The notes below the pieces were generated by a model. It searched no databases, was not told the DNA's origin, and saw only the letters and a program-made list of their open reading frames with translations. A DNA stretch of 63,957 nt, filler included, from Octopus bimaculoides (taxonomy: Eukaryota): NCBI RefSeq assembly GCF_001194135.2. It is 4 parts of 4 records of this genome, joined end to end, with 100 filler letters (N's around TTAATTAATTAA, not from the genome) between each part and the next. Parts side by side here need not be neighbours in the genome. Positions count along the whole stretch, not along the records: positions 47,903 to 63,957 come from NC_069008.1; 3 more parts are not named here. One strand, given 5' to 3'. Position 1 is the first letter of the stretch. Every line of letters starts with the position of its first letter. Shown one piece after another: positions 61,545-63,957 of the stretch. The position numbers and the translations under genes were made by a program.

Positions 61545-62200
61545 GGAGAGTATGTGTGTGTGTATGTGGGTGGAAGTCGCAGAGAGGGAGAAAGTGTGTA
61601 TGTGGGAGAAAGTGGAGTGTGTAGGGGGAGGGGAAAAGATAGAGTTGAGAAGATAACCAGAGAGAAGAGAGATAGAAAAGAAATAGTAGGGAGTAAGAGT
61701 AGAAAGAGAGAGAGAGAGGGAGAGAGAAAGTAGAAAATGAGAATAGTGGGAGAGGGAAAATGTGAGGGTGAAAGAGAATAGAGAGTGGGAAAGAAAGGGA
61801 AAAGAGAGAGAATAAGGGAGAGAGAGAGACAGTGTAGAGAGGATGAGAATACAGAAGGAGGGAAAGAGTGTGTAGAGAGGAAGAGTACAAAAAGAGGAGC
61901 GAGTGAGAGAGACGAAGAGAGTAGAGAGAAAGAGAGAGAGAGAGAGAAAGAAAAAAAGAAGGAAAGAAAGAAAGAGTTAAGAGAGAGAGAGAGAGATACT
62001 AAGAGACAGAATGAGAGAGTGTCGAGACAGAAACAGAGATTAGGGAGAGAGAGAGAGAGAAAGAAAGAAACAGGGGGAGAAAAAGAGAGAGAAGGAAAGA
62101 TGTCGGGAAAGAGAGTAGGGACAGAGTGTACGGGGAGTGAGGGGGAGAGAAAGAGAGTAAAGAGAGAGCTAAAGAAAGAGATTAGCTGAGAGACGGTTGC
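61545..62200. repeat. Purine-rich (GA-rich) low-complexity tract
   Basis: About 650 bp dominated by A/G on the plus strand. Confidence 0.9.
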
Positions 62201-63341
62201 AGACAAATAAGATATGTATATAATGTGTGTGTGTGTGTGTGTAAGGGGAAGATAGAGAAAAAAGAGTAGAGAGAAAGAGAGATGGGAGGACCTATTTTAT
62301 ACACATATACACACATGTATACTCATTCCTTTCTGTCGTGGGGCATAGACTCGAAATGTCAAAAACTTCCATTTTTTTCCTGAGCGTCAAACTAATAGCC
62401 CTGTTTTGGTGTAACTCACCTGTCTCTGTCTTGTCTTCTGTCTTTTATTTTATACAATTATGAACCATATATATATATATANNNNNNNNNNGACTGGGTT
62501 CAGAAAGAGCCTTCAAAAATTATACCCTGATTTATGTAAGTTACTGCTTCGATATTATTGAATGTTTTGTAGCGGAATATCCGCAAGCTCTTACTGCCAA
62601 AGTTCGGCCCCAAAAATTATAATATAGTCTAATAATACTATTGAACTCAGTACTCGTTTATCCTATTAAAATTACGTTGCAAAGTGTATAATGAGACCTG
62701 CATTGTTGAAGTATTCTTATAGAACACTAATTCTAAGAAAACATTCTTAAATTTTATGTATCTTCCATGAAAAGTAGATGTATTTGCACTTTCAAGGAGG
62801 CTCTGTCCCGTGTTATAAACCCCAGATGGTGAAATTCTGGAAATTGTCTTTATTTAGTACCTAGTACTATCGGAGGTATTTGAAATTTCATAGTGGGTGT
62901 TTGCCTCCCTTTAAGCTCCCTATTCGCAATGGAAAGTAAATCGATTTGTGTTTATATAACTTGTCTAAGATATGTTTCGGTCAAGGATTGGCTCAGGCCA
63001 TGTCTAACTTCATAAAACTACCTGATAGGATCTGTTAAGTCATTTTAAAGTCAAGTATTGTGATATTATGGCTCATTCGTGTAGTATGTTGTTAATTGAG
63101 ATGTATCCAAGTATAAGGGTGGCTTATCTGGTATCCCCCCTGAAAAAATTTGTCTAAGCTTCATTTGAGCTGATGAAAATGCAATGACTCTTGAAATGTG
63201 GATATACACCCATTGCTTGATTTTTCTATCTTCAATTGCATTGTTTACATTGTTGCATTTGTATACGAAACGTCGTAACTTGCAATGTCCGCTCTGAATT
63301 CTATAGAAAATTTATTTATCCATCCATCTACCTGTCCGTCC

Positions 63342-63381
<40 letters not shown>

Positions 63382-63464
63382 TTCTCGCTCTCTATCTATC
63401 TATCTATCTATCTATCTATCCATCTGCATGTCTCCCCCTCTCTCTCTCGACAGANNNNNNNNNN

Positions 63465-63519
<55 letters not shown>

Positions 63520-63957
63520 CATCTGCATCTCTCCCCCTCTCTCTCTCGACAGAGAGATAGAGAACTCCATGACTAGATAACAACAACAACAACAACACTA
63601 AGGATGGACATATTATCTAATGAAGTCCTAGATAGGTTATGTTCCCGTACAAGAAGGCCACGTGTGCAATGCTTTCGATCAGAGAACTGTCTTCGTGATC
63701 GGATCTTAGTGCAGCTAAACAGCAGCGACGAGGAGGACAACGCACCATAGCAACAAGAAGCAGCATCGCCTCCGCTACGTTAACACCACGACCACCACTA
63801 CAACAACAACAACAACAGGTTTTAACGCCTGAATTATCAACAATACTGACAATACTAGGACAATCACCAATTCTACCGCTACAACCACGACTAACACAGC
63901 TAAGACCAGCACCACCAGCACCACCACCACCACCACCAGCACCACCACCACCACCAC

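Noticed and set aside
61398-62206. K/E/R-rich and S/L/F-rich ORFs
   Set aside because: Translation of a GA-rich low-complexity tract.
63050-63300. Minus-strand acceptor followed by an ~80-codon open frame (IQSGHCKLRRFVY...YTNEP*)
   Set aside because: No domain recognised, and the length is within chance expectation.
63400-63552. Tandem duplication of (TATC)n-CCATCTGCAT-(CT)n-CGACAGA
   Set aside because: The copies are separated by a 10-N gap and are most likely overlapping contig ends.

Overview
AT-rich, microsatellite-dense, gap-ridden eukaryotic draft-assembly DNA. The SINE families and TTAATTAATTAA gap linkers look like an Octopus (coleoid cephalopod) assembly; this is inferred from memory, not from a database search. 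I cannot support any intact host protein-coding gene, rRNA, tRNA or CRISPR array. Almost all ORFs in the supplied track are microsatellite or N-gap artefacts, or transposon fragments. The window is a graveyard of mobile elements. (1) At least four tRNA-head SINE types, labelled A, B, C and B-prime here. (2) Three R4/Dong-type RLE LINE 3' fragments tied to (AAT)n tracts. (3) A Neptune-type Penelope element (RT + GIY-YIG). (4) An L1/Tx1-like ORF2 3' fragment, plus RTE and CR1/Jockey-like fragments. (5) Two near-full mariners, a mariner fold-back with two 5' ends, and two maT (DD37D) relics. (6) A SPIN/GTF2IRD2-like hAT relic and a 465-bp hAT MITE with TIRs and an 8-bp TSD. (7) LTR-like remnants. 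The best candidate for an uncharacterised system is a parasitic trio sharing one ~40-nt 3' terminal motif: a Tx1-like LINE, an ORF1-only 'half-LINE', and a tail-swapped SINE-A subfamily. Boundaries were read by eye and are approximate unless TIR/TSD positions are given.
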